64,000 nucleotides of DNA, from the NCBI GenBank assembly GCA_022840695.1, contig JALHDC010000002.1, forward strand, positions 91,374 to 155,373, written 5' to 3'. Each line of letters opens with the position of its first letter. Position 1 is the first letter of the stretch. The stretch comes from a bacterium. GTDB taxonomy: Bacteria; Patescibacteriota; Dojkabacteria; SC72. The translations under genes and the position numbers were made by a program. The notes beneath the pieces are model-generated. The model saw nothing but the letters and a program-made list of their open reading frames with translations. It searched no databases and was not told the DNA's origin. Below are positions 49,203 through 57,999 of this stretch, one piece after another.

Positions 49203-49898
49203 ATGACTGATCTACACAATATCCAAATGTTAATACTTAGAGAACTCCTCTTCACACCAAACTCCAGATTCTCTGATTTAAATATACAAGGATTAAGTAG
49301 TGATCATTTTTCATACCATATTAAAACATTAATAGAACAGGAATATGTACAAAAGGATAGTTCTAGATACTCATTAACTGTAAAGGGAAAGGAATTTGCA
49401 AACCGTATGGATACTGATGAAGCAAGTATTGAGAAGCAACCTAAAGTAGCAGTAATGATTGTAGCTACTAAGACAGAAGGAAAAAAGAAATATCTATTAA
49501 TACAAGAAAGAACTAAAGAACCATATTTTGGATATAGTGGATTTATAACAGGAAAGATTAGATATGGAGAGAAGGTTATAGAGACTGCAAAAAGAGAACT
49601 TAAAGAAGAGAGTGGGTTAGAGTGTGAGAATATACATATTAAAAGGTTAGTACATGATCATGTTGTATTAAAAGATACAGGAGAGTTAGTAGAGGATAAG
49701 ATGTTCTACATTGTACATATGATTAATCCAACAGGAGAGTTAATAAATACTCCAAATGGAAAGAATATATGGATAACGGAGAGTCAGTTTAAGAAACTTA
49801 AAAAGAAATATTACAATGAAGAAAATATGTATGAGATATCACAGATGAAAGGGGATATGGATCTAGTAGAGAGTACATATATTATTGAGGAGTTTTAG
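49203..49898 (+). CDS. Winged-HTH + NUDIX hydrolase fusion
   Basis: N-terminal RFSDL...FSYHIKTL...YSLT; Nudix box GKIRYGEKVIETAKRELKEESGL. Confidence 0.88.
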   Translation: MTDLHNIQMLILRELLFTPNSRFSDLNIQGLSSDHFSYHIKTLIEQEYVQKDSSRYSLTVKGKEFANRMDTDEASIEKQPKVAVMIVATKTEGKKKYLLIQERTKEPYFGYSGFITGKIRYGEKVIETAKRELKEESGLECENIHIKRLVHDHVVLKDTGELVEDKMFYIVHMINPTGELINTPNGKNIWITESQFKKLKKKYYNEENMYEISQMKGDMDLVESTYIIEEF

Positions 49899-50891
49899 TT
49901 AGTGAATTAATTTCTCAACTAACCCTTCTAAACCTTTTGAATAAAAATCTAACATACTTATCTCATTATCTAAAAAGCAATCAACCCTTGTACTATTGTT
50001 TACATAATGTTCTGTCGCTATCCATAAGGAATGAACTTTCTTTAAAAAGTAAACCTTGAAACCGTCCATTAATTCCTCCTTAGAAATATCATATACATTT
50101 CTATACGAATCTAGAAATACCTTAGCATTAGATCTGCACTCATCATCATATCCCAAATTTAAACATGTTAGATCCAAAGCCCTAACTAACTCATATGATC
50201 TAGGAGCTATAGTTGTATTATCCAAATCAAAAACATATTTGATTTCATCTACATCATTATCAAAGAAAACATTCTTCTCATGATAATCTCCATGTATTAG
50301 ATGATCATTCTTTATATTAAAGTCTTCAAATCTTAAATCATTTTCCTTAGCCATATTAATCTTCTTTTCTAGGTATATTGCAAATTTCATATCTATATCA
50401 CTCTTCTCCTTCATATTTTGAATCTGAAGCAATATCCTTTCTGCTTCCTTTACAAACTCCTCCATATCCCAGTATTTTTTACTTCTAAAAACAGTAGAGG
50501 GATAACCATCCTTACTCACTAGATGTATTCTTCCTAAGATATTTCCTAAAGAAGATATAGCTTGATTAGAAAGATTCTCTCTTCTTAACATACGACCATA
50601 TACAAAAGGATATAGAGTGTAGTATTTTTCTTTAAATGTAAATACCTTACTCCCATCTTTACACTCATATGGCATAACTATTGGAATATCTTTCTTAAAG
50701 AATATATCCTCAACCTTATGTATATTATCAATCCTTTCTATATCATCAAACCCATACTGCTTAAGAAAGTATTTCTTTCCATCATCTATTAATATACTAT
50801 TAACACTAATATATCCCTCTTTTACATCTTCCAACAATCTTAATTCACCCTTTAAATCATATATCTTCTTTAATTGTTGTATAACTTCCAT
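49899..50891 (-). CDS. APH/homoserine-kinase-type phosphotransferase
   Basis: YFLKQY, LGRIH, IHGDYHEKNVFF, VFDLD. Confidence 0.85.
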   Translation of the reverse strand: MEVIQQLKKIYDLKGELRLLEDVKEGYISVNSILIDDGKKYFLKQYGFDDIERIDNIHKVEDIFFKKDIPIVMPYECKDGSKVFTFKEKYYTLYPFVYGRMLRRENLSNQAISSLGNILGRIHLVSKDGYPSTVFRSKKYWDMEEFVKEAERILLQIQNMKEKSDIDMKFAIYLEKKINMAKENDLRFEDFNIKNDHLIHGDYHEKNVFFDNDVDEIKYVFDLDNTTIAPRSYELVRALDLTCLNLGYDDECRSNAKVFLDSYRNVYDISKEELMDGFKVYFLKKVHSLWIATEHYVNNSTRVDCFLDNEISMLDFYSKGLEGLVEKLIH

Positions 50892-50958
50892 ATTTAGAAA
50901 TACTGTATTAAATATGTTATTCTATACAAATATTAAGATTAAGACCAGAGAACAGGGT

Positions 50959-51195
50959 ATGCCTAGACCACAAAAATTCAAACCAGGAGTATATAAACAT
51001 TTTAAGGGTGAACTATTCCTTGCACTATTCTTAGCAAAACATAGTGAGACAGAAGAAGATATGGTTATATATGTAGGACTATATGACAAAACAAAAGGAC
51101 AGATATGGGCTAGACCTGTAGATATGTTTATGGGCTACAAAGAGTTTGAAGACGGTACTAAGGTAAAGAGATTTGAATTTATTAGGGAGAGATAA
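50959..51195 (+). CDS. DUF1653-family protein
   Basis: PGVYKHFKG, AKHSETEEDMVIY, WARPVDMF, KRFE. ATG at 50959 is preferred. Confidence 0.85.
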   Translation: MPRPQKFKPGVYKHFKGELFLALFLAKHSETEEDMVIYVGLYDKTKGQIWARPVDMFMGYKEFEDGTKVKRFEFIRER

Positions 51196-51461
51196 TGACA
51201 ACGAAGGAAAAATACAAAGCACTAAAGAACGGAAAATGGCAAAACAAATATTTCTGTAAATTAGCATTACTAGATCATTTAAGAGAATGCCTGGAAAAAG
51301 ATAATTATCTTAAAGCTACAGACACACCTAAAAGTGATTTGGGATATGAAAACTTGGAAAAAGAGCTCATGGATTTAAAAATCATTCTTGATTTGTATTT
51401 CAATGATTCGACTTTGCACGAAAAAAGATTAGACAAATTCATAGAAAATTTGGAAAAATAA
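51195..51461 (+). CDS. Hypothetical protein (helical, possibly MazG-like)
   Basis: Coupled to the upstream gene (TAATG); LEKELMDL motif. Confidence 0.5.
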   Translation: MTTKEKYKALKNGKWQNKYFCKLALLDHLRECLEKDNYLKATDTPKSDLGYENLEKELMDLKIILDLYFNDSTLHEKRLDKFIENLEK

Positions 51462-51515
51462 AATCTCTCCGAACCTTCTTTTTACCCCCTTTTTGTGCTA
51501 AAATTACACCCTCTT

Positions 51516-53411
51516 ATGCCAAATTCCCATATTGAGAAACAAAACTTAAGAAATCTTGCTATTATCGCGCATGTAGACCATGGCAAAACTACCCTTGTAG
51601 ATGCATTCATGAAGCAAACTCATATGTTTAGAGAAAATGAAGAAGAAATGAATCAAACTAGAATACTGGATGTAGGGGAATTAGAAAAGGAGAAAGGTAT
51701 AACCATAAATGCAAAGAACATATCCATTAAGTATAAGGATGTAAAAATAAATATCATAGATACACCAGGACATGCAGACTTTGGAGGAGAAGTAGAAAGA
51801 ACATTAAATATGGCAGATAGCTGTCTTCTTTTGGTGGATGCAAAAGAAGGTACAATGCCACAAACTAAATTTGTACTTAAAAAAGCATTAGAATTAGGAT
51901 TAAAACCAGTAGTACTGGTAAATAAGGTGGACAAGAAACTAGCTAATGTACAAAAAACAATATCTAAAATACAAGACCTCTTTCTTAATTTAGCAACTAA
52001 TGAAGAGCAATTAGATTTTAAAATATTCTACGGTATAGCTAGAGAAGGAAAAATATGGGAAACATTACCCCAAGGAGATTTAACCATACCAAATAGTACA
52101 ACAGGAGATCTCACACCAATACTAGATGAAATTGTAAACAATCTACCTAGTCCAAAAGGAGATGAGAACAAACCATTCCAAATGCAAATTACATCTGTTG
52201 AGTACAATGAGCACTTAGGAAGATATTTAATTGGAAAAATATCAAACGGGAAAATATCCGTAAATGATCCTGTAATACTTGTTTCAAATAAAGAAGATTT
52301 TGAAAAGAAACAGGGTAGAGTTAGAGAGATATTTGTGAAAGAGGGTATGAGTTGGGAAAAGGTTGAAAGTGCATCTACTGGTGAAATAATTGCATTAACA
52401 GGAATTGATTCTACAGATATTGGTGCGACACTTTGTAGCTTAGATAATCCTCAACCATTACCAGAAATTAAAATGACTCCACCATCTGTGAGAGTTAAAT
52501 TTTCTGCTAATACATCTCCTTTTGTAGGAAAAGAGGGGAAATTTGTAACTGCAAAACAGCTAGGACAAAGGTTAGAACAGGAGAAGAATTTAAATATTAG
52601 TTTGAATATAACTAATGTAGGAAGTAACAGCTATTTTGTAGCTGGTAGGGGAGAATTGCAATTGGCAATATTAGTAGAACAGCTAAGAAGAGAAGGGTAT
52701 GAATTTGAATTGAGTAAACCAGAGGTAATACTACAAGAGATAGATGGGGTAAAGTGTGAACCTATGGAAGAATTAAGTATTAATGCTCCAGAAATGTACT
52801 TTAGTACAATAACCCAAGAAGTTAATGAAAGGGGAGGAAAATTAATAGATATTGAGAATAATGAAGGAGAAAACACATATACATTTAATATACTAACTAG
52901 AAATCTAATAGGATTACATAGAGTATTAATGACAGCTACCAAAGGTACTGCCGTTATTAATAGCTATATTGTTGACTATGTACCACATCAAGAAGGTAAT
53001 GAGTTATTTAGAAAAGGAGCTATTATATCCACTGAGACAGGAACAGCATTAGCATATGCATTGATGACAGTACAAGAGAGAGGGAAATTATTCATAGAGG
53101 GTTCTACAGAGGTATATGAAGGAATGATTATTGGTATAAATAATCATGAGAATGATCTTGAGGTTAATCCATGTAAGGCAAGACATAAGACAAATGTAAG
53201 AATGTCTCATGCAGAAGTAACAGAGATAGCACTTAAAGCACCTATACAATTAACCATAGAGTATGCTCTTTCTTTTATAAATAATGATGAATTAATAGAG
53301 GTCACACCTAAGAACATAAGGTTAAGAAAGAAACTTTTAACTGATACACAGAGAACTTGGGCAAAAAGAAAGAACTTAACTGCATATGCAAAAGAGCATT
53401 TGGAAGGATAA
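51516..53411 (+). CDS. typA: Translational GTPase TypA/BipA
   Basis: RNLAIIAHVDHGKTTLVD, DTPGHADFGGEVER, GRGELQL, EVTPKNIRLRK. ATG at 51516. Confidence 0.97.
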   Translation: MPNSHIEKQNLRNLAIIAHVDHGKTTLVDAFMKQTHMFRENEEEMNQTRILDVGELEKEKGITINAKNISIKYKDVKINIIDTPGHADFGGEVERTLNMADSCLLLVDAKEGTMPQTKFVLKKALELGLKPVVLVNKVDKKLANVQKTISKIQDLFLNLATNEEQLDFKIFYGIAREGKIWETLPQGDLTIPNSTTGDLTPILDEIVNNLPSPKGDENKPFQMQITSVEYNEHLGRYLIGKISNGKISVNDPVILVSNKEDFEKKQGRVREIFVKEGMSWEKVESASTGEIIALTGIDSTDIGATLCSLDNPQPLPEIKMTPPSVRVKFSANTSPFVGKEGKFVTAKQLGQRLEQEKNLNISLNITNVGSNSYFVAGRGELQLAILVEQLRREGYEFELSKPEVILQEIDGVKCEPMEELSINAPEMYFSTITQEVNERGGKLIDIENNEGENTYTFNILTRNLIGLHRVLMTATKGTAVINSYIVDYVPHQEGNELFRKGAIISTETGTALAYALMTVQERGKLFIEGSTEVYEGMIIGINNHENDLEVNPCKARHKTNVRMSHAEVTEIALKAPIQLTIEYALSFINNDELIEVTPKNIRLRKKLLTDTQRTWAKRKNLTAYAKEHLEG

Positions 53412-53413
53412 TA

Positions 53414-53710
53414 TTACTTCTTCCTTTTTACAAACCTTATTTCAAGATCTCTATCTAAAGCATTAGCTATTTGGACTAATTTAGAAATAGACACATTTCT
53501 ATTCCCTGTTTCAATCTTACTAATCGTGCTACGTGGTATACCTGATTTAATAGACAAAGTATCTTGAGAATATCCATACTTCTCTCTAAGCTCTTTCATT
53601 TCCCTTAGGGCTATTCTTTGATTTGCTACTCTTTCTATTTCCTTAACATCTTCAGATGTAAAGTTCTTTTTTATATATTCTTCTATTGTTATTAAATTTT
53701 TCTTTTTCAT
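53414..53710 (-). CDS. XRE HTH antitoxin (HigA-like)
   Basis: LREKYGYSQDTLSIKSGIPRSTISKIETG; downstream of the toxin. Confidence 0.85.
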   Translation of the reverse strand: MKKKNLITIEEYIKKNFTSEDVKEIERVANQRIALREMKELREKYGYSQDTLSIKSGIPRSTISKIETGNRNVSISKLVQIANALDRDLEIRFVKRKK

Positions 53711-53716
53711 ATTTTT

Positions 53717-54040
53717 CTATATTAATCTATTTTTTCTCTTTAATGCCTTTTCTATCTCTCTCAAAGGTGTTTTCTGTGTCTTCTTTCTAAATGCAGTAAG
53801 AATAACGATGTCTTGCCCTAAGTAAGAATACATACATCTATATATCCCGTCATCCTTTACCCTCATCTCGTATAAATCGTAGCCCACAATCTTTCTTCCT
53901 TCTGGATATTTCAACGTTCCATATTTTCTCAACTCTAGGATCAAAGATACAAATTCCTTTCTAACACTCTTCTCAAAAAGAGCTAGCTCTTTTTCTGCAC
54001 TGGATTCTATATATACTTCTTTTCTAAATAATTGTGTCAT
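53717..54040 (-). CDS. RelE/HigB-family toxin
   Basis: LYEMRVK...YRCMY...ILTAFRKKTQKTP. Confidence 0.88.
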   Translation of the reverse strand: MTQLFRKEVYIESSAEKELALFEKSVRKEFVSLILELRKYGTLKYPEGRKIVGYDLYEMRVKDDGIYRCMYSYLGQDIVILTAFRKKTQKTPLREIEKALKRKNRLI

Positions 54041-54128
54041 ATATGGAACCTTGTGTCAATTTATTTTCATATATTTTAGTAATAAGTTATTAAATCTAGA
54101 TTAAATTAATATCTGATATACTATTTAT

Positions 54129-54662
54129 ATGGAATATATATTCCTTCCTGGGAATAGTGCAAAAAACAGAGTGTGGATTGACTCATTAGCAAATCAATTT
54201 AACAAAGATTCAAAAGAAATTATTCATTATTCACATTGGGAAAGTGGAGAAGAGGATATAAACTTTGAGTTGGAGTTAAATAAACTAAGAGAGCTAAATA
54301 TCAAAGATTATTGTATAGCAGTATGTAAAAGTGCTGGATCCTATCTTTCATACATAGCTAATAAAGAAAATGTTTTAAATATCAGAAAATACATATTTAT
54401 TGGATTTCCATATAGTTGGCTTAAAATGAGAAGTATTGATCCAGTTGAAATGTTAAAGGAAATTGATCAAGAAATATTAATAATTCAAAAAAGGGAAGAT
54501 CCAGCAATAACTTTTGAGAAGTTGAAAATTATTATGGAGAAAAATGGTATTAATGCAAAAATGATTGAATATACAAGAGAAGGAGAACCTCTAAATAATC
54601 ATAGTTATGAAGATATAGAATATCTTAAGGAAATAATATATTCATTTGTTAGTATTTCCTAA
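54129..54662 (+). CDS. Alpha/beta-hydrolase-like protein
   Basis: FLPGNS, CKSAG nucleophile elbow, EDP, NHSY. Confidence 0.65.
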   Translation: MEYIFLPGNSAKNRVWIDSLANQFNKDSKEIIHYSHWESGEEDINFELELNKLRELNIKDYCIAVCKSAGSYLSYIANKENVLNIRKYIFIGFPYSWLKMRSIDPVEMLKEIDQEILIIQKREDPAITFEKLKIIMEKNGINAKMIEYTREGEPLNNHSYEDIEYLKEIIYSFVSIS

Positions 54663-56455
54663 CCAACCTGTTTATTATACATCTGGGCATATAAACCATT
54701 CTGCTTAAGCAGAGTCGTGTGATCTCCATCCTCCGCTATCCTTCCATCATCAATTACTAATATCCTTCCAGCCTTCCTTACAGTTGCAAACCTATGAGAG
54801 ACAATTACTGTTGTTCTGTTTTGAGCATTCTTTCTAATATTTTCAAAAATCTTCTCTTCTGAAATACTATCAACTCCACTAGTAGGCTCATCTAATATCA
54901 ATAACTTAGCATTTCTAAAAAATGCTCTCGCTATTGCTAACTTCTGCCACTGACCACCAGAGAGCTGTATGCCATCCTTTACTTCCCGACTCAAAAAAGT
55001 ACTATACTTTTCAGGAAGCTCCATTATAGTATCATGAATATCCGCTTTTTTAGCAGCCTCTTTAATCTCACCATCCATATTTTTTGATACATCACCGATG
55101 TATATATTATCCTGTACAGTTATACTTAATTGATTAAATGACTGCGAAAGAATCCCTATCAATTTATAGTACGAATCAATATCTAGTTCCTTAATATTAG
55201 TTCCATCTACAAAAATATCTCCCTTTTGAGGGTCATATATACGAAGAAGAAGCTTAATCATAGTACTCTTTCCTGCTCCGTTCTTCCCAACTATTGCAAT
55301 ATCTTCATCCTTATCAACTTTAAAACTTACATCCTTTAATATCCATTTCTTAGTCTTTGGATACCTAAACCAAACATTTTTGAATTCAATGGATAATCCT
55401 GTTTTTATATTGTCTAACTTCTTTTCTCCACTCACTATACTGTTTTCCCAATTTAATACATTGTAAAAAGTTACGAAAAACTTCTTATTTCCCAGCACAG
55501 AAGATATCTTATACAAAATTTCTGACACATCCCCATTAAACCTTTGGTATGCAGCAATAATAAAAGTAAGCATACCAATAGTCATATTACCTTCAAAAAC
55601 CATCTGAATTGAAAATATTAAGACAAAGATATTCACAATATTGGATACGAAATTCGCAACAGTAGACCAAGAATATCGACTAATATAGTTCTTCCTAAAT
55701 TTTTCTATGAATCTTTCATTAATTTTTTTAGCCATATCTAGTAGGTATTTACCATACTTAAAAACATAAACCTCTTGTAATTTTTCAAAATTACTTTCCC
55801 AAAGGGTACTTCTATAACTTGAGTATTTTATTTTTTCCTCTCCTCTATCACTCCAAATTCCCCAAACTTTTCTACCAAATTTGGCAATTATTATTGCACT
55901 CGGGATCGTTGCTATTACAGCAAGCAAGGAGAGTAGGGGCATTTGAGCATAAATCGCAAGAAAAGATATTACAACAACAGGAAAGGTAGAAACTACTTCT
56001 AATGATTGAAAAAAGTTATTAATAACTGTATGTGAATTCCAATTTAAAATACCTTTTTCATTAACAAAATCTGGATCTTCATAAGCCTTTGGTTCGACTT
56101 GTATATATTTTTTTAGATATACATCATCATCTAAGTATGAGATCCATAAATCTATCATTGAATCTACATATTGGAATACATTATTAACTAAGGTCCAAAC
56201 CAGAGCTACCATCCCAAAGATTATAATTAAAGGAATCACATCTCTAAACTCTCCGTTATTATTTATGGAATATATACTACTATCTATGACTCTTCCCAGA
56301 AGATAACTTATTAACAACGGATAGAGTTTACTAATAGCTTGCAACACTAAATACCATCTAATTTGCCAAACAAACTTAGTATTCTTGTAATACTTCTCGT
56401 AGACGAAAAACAGCAATTTAATTATCCCTTCCTCTTTTAGTTTCTTCATAACCAC
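54659..56455 (-). CDS. ABC exporter, fused permease/ATPase
   Basis: TM domain; GKNGAGKST, LSGGQWQKLAIARA, LILDEPTS, SHRF. Confidence 0.93.
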   Translation of the reverse strand: MVMKKLKEEGIIKLLFFVYEKYYKNTKFVWQIRWYLVLQAISKLYPLLISYLLGRVIDSSIYSINNNGEFRDVIPLIIIFGMVALVWTLVNNVFQYVDSMIDLWISYLDDDVYLKKYIQVEPKAYEDPDFVNEKGILNWNSHTVINNFFQSLEVVSTFPVVVISFLAIYAQMPLLSLLAVIATIPSAIIIAKFGRKVWGIWSDRGEEKIKYSSYRSTLWESNFEKLQEVYVFKYGKYLLDMAKKINERFIEKFRKNYISRYSWSTVANFVSNIVNIFVLIFSIQMVFEGNMTIGMLTFIIAAYQRFNGDVSEILYKISSVLGNKKFFVTFYNVLNWENSIVSGEKKLDNIKTGLSIEFKNVWFRYPKTKKWILKDVSFKVDKDEDIAIVGKNGAGKSTMIKLLLRIYDPQKGDIFVDGTNIKELDIDSYYKLIGILSQSFNQLSITVQDNIYIGDVSKNMDGEIKEAAKKADIHDTIMELPEKYSTFLSREVKDGIQLSGGQWQKLAIARAFFRNAKLLILDEPTSGVDSISEEKIFENIRKNAQNRTTVIVSHRFATVRKAGRILVIDDGRIAEDGDHTTLLKQNGLYAQMYNKQVG

Positions 56456-56483
56456 CCATTATATATTCACATTGACAACTTTG

Positions 56484-57428
56484 CTACAACATTATTACTT
56501 TTTGTATCTCCTCAAAACTATCACATTTCATTAACTCTTTTCTCAATTCATTAGCACCATCAAAATTACATATATATGCTTTAATATATTTTTTTTGACT
56601 ATTAAATGGTTTTTTCCCTCTCCATACTTTTTCAAATATTTCAAAATGCTTAATCAATATATCTATTCTTTCTTCTTTCGATATCTCCTCCCTTCCACTA
56701 AACAACCAAGGATTATTCAAAATACCTCTGCCTACCATAAAACCATCCACTCCATATTTTTTTACATACTCTTTTCCTTGTTCCAAATTTTTTACATCAC
56801 CATTACCAATAATTAAAGTATCTGGAGATATCTCGTCCCTTAATGTCGCACACTCTGCAATCTTTTCCCAATTTGATGGAGTAGAGTAGCCATCTTTAGA
56901 AATTCTCCCATGAATTGTAATTAGGTCTAACTTTAGTTCAAGTAAGAACCTAATCCAACCATTTATATCAATATCATCATAACCCAACCTTGTTTTAACA
57001 CTCACAGGTATCCTTCCAGCTTCACCTCGGACAGTATCTAAAATCCTTTTAACCAATTCTCTATCTTTTATTAATGCGGAACCTCGGCCACCAGACAACA
57101 CATCTCTAACAGAACATCCAATATTTATATCAATACCTGCTGGTCTAAGTTTCTTTACATACCTGACTGTCTCTGCATAATATTCAGGAATATTCCCCCA
57201 AAGTTGGACGATAACTGGTCTCTCCTTCTTTGAAAGATGTAACCTATGTGAGACCTGCTCTCTACCTTTTGAACAAAACCCTTCTACACTTAAGAACTCT
57301 GTGAAAAATATATCCGGTCTACCTATATTACACAGAACCTGCCTAAAACTAGAATCCGTAATACCTTCCATTGGTGCTAAAGCAGTAATATATCCTTTTT
57401 TCTTTTTTAATCTTTTATAAGAATTCAT
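56484..57428 (-). CDS. tRNA-dihydrouridine synthase
   Basis: LAPMEGITD, IDINIGC, GSALI, VSVKTRLG, IHGR, GNGDV, MVGRG. Confidence 0.93.
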   Translation of the reverse strand: MNSYKRLKKKKGYITALAPMEGITDSSFRQVLCNIGRPDIFFTEFLSVEGFCSKGREQVSHRLHLSKKERPVIVQLWGNIPEYYAETVRYVKKLRPAGIDINIGCSVRDVLSGGRGSALIKDRELVKRILDTVRGEAGRIPVSVKTRLGYDDIDINGWIRFLLELKLDLITIHGRISKDGYSTPSNWEKIAECATLRDEISPDTLIIGNGDVKNLEQGKEYVKKYGVDGFMVGRGILNNPWLFSGREEISKEERIDILIKHFEIFEKVWRGKKPFNSQKKYIKAYICNFDGANELRKELMKCDSFEEIQKVIML

Positions 57429-57458
57429 GCCTAGATTCTACCATTTTCTCACCACTTC

Positions 57459-57548
57459 AGGGGTCAGGCTAGGGTCAGACCCCAAACCTTCCACTGGATT
57501 ATGGTACCAAAGTTTTGCAGAAAGAGGGACAGAGGAGGGTCAGACCCT
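57459..57548. repeat. Direct pair of REP-like repeats
   Basis: 57459-57483 AGGGGTCAGGCTAGGGTCAGACCCC and 57523-57548 AGAGGGACAGAGGAGGGTCAGACCCT. Confidence 0.75.
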
Positions 57549-57600
57549 TGCAGATATCTTCGTTTTGAAATAAACTTAAGTAACAATTTAACTGCCCAAA

Positions 57601-57999
57601 ATGAAAACAAAAAATACGCTCGTAGATAGTTCGGGCCAACAATTATTAAACCAAATCAAAATTGATTCATATCCTGCTATAGCCATATATACTTTTCAGG
57701 ATTTTTTGAGATGGTGGTATATAAAAATGCCGGTATGGCATCTTAGAAGGTTTGCTAGGCTAAGTGTTGTACTCGATGACCAATTCTCGATTTCATTATT
57801 GTTGAAAAACTTTTTCTTGCCTTGGCACAGAGATTTTTCAGTAATAGGTATTTTCTTTGGAATACTTATGAAATTACTCTATCTTCCAATAGGGATATCT
57901 ATCTATCTCCTTTGCATTATGTTTTACCTCTTTCTTTTCATTAGCTGGTTAATACTTCCGATTGGTTCATTAGTATTTGTTTTAATATCTTTAATTTGA
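57601..57999 (+). CDS. Small membrane protein coupled to the Clp ATPase
   Basis: WWY...FSISLLLKNFFLPW; hydrophobic C-terminus; abuts the next gene. Confidence 0.7.
   Translation: MKTKNTLVDSSGQQLLNQIKIDSYPAIAIYTFQDFLRWWYIKMPVWHLRRFARLSVVLDDQFSISLLLKNFFLPWHRDFSVIGIFFGILMKLLYLPIGISIYLLCIMFYLFLFISWLILPIGSLVFVLISLI

Noticed and set aside
53414-54040. Toxin-before-antitoxin gene order
   Set aside because: Standard for HigBA-type modules.
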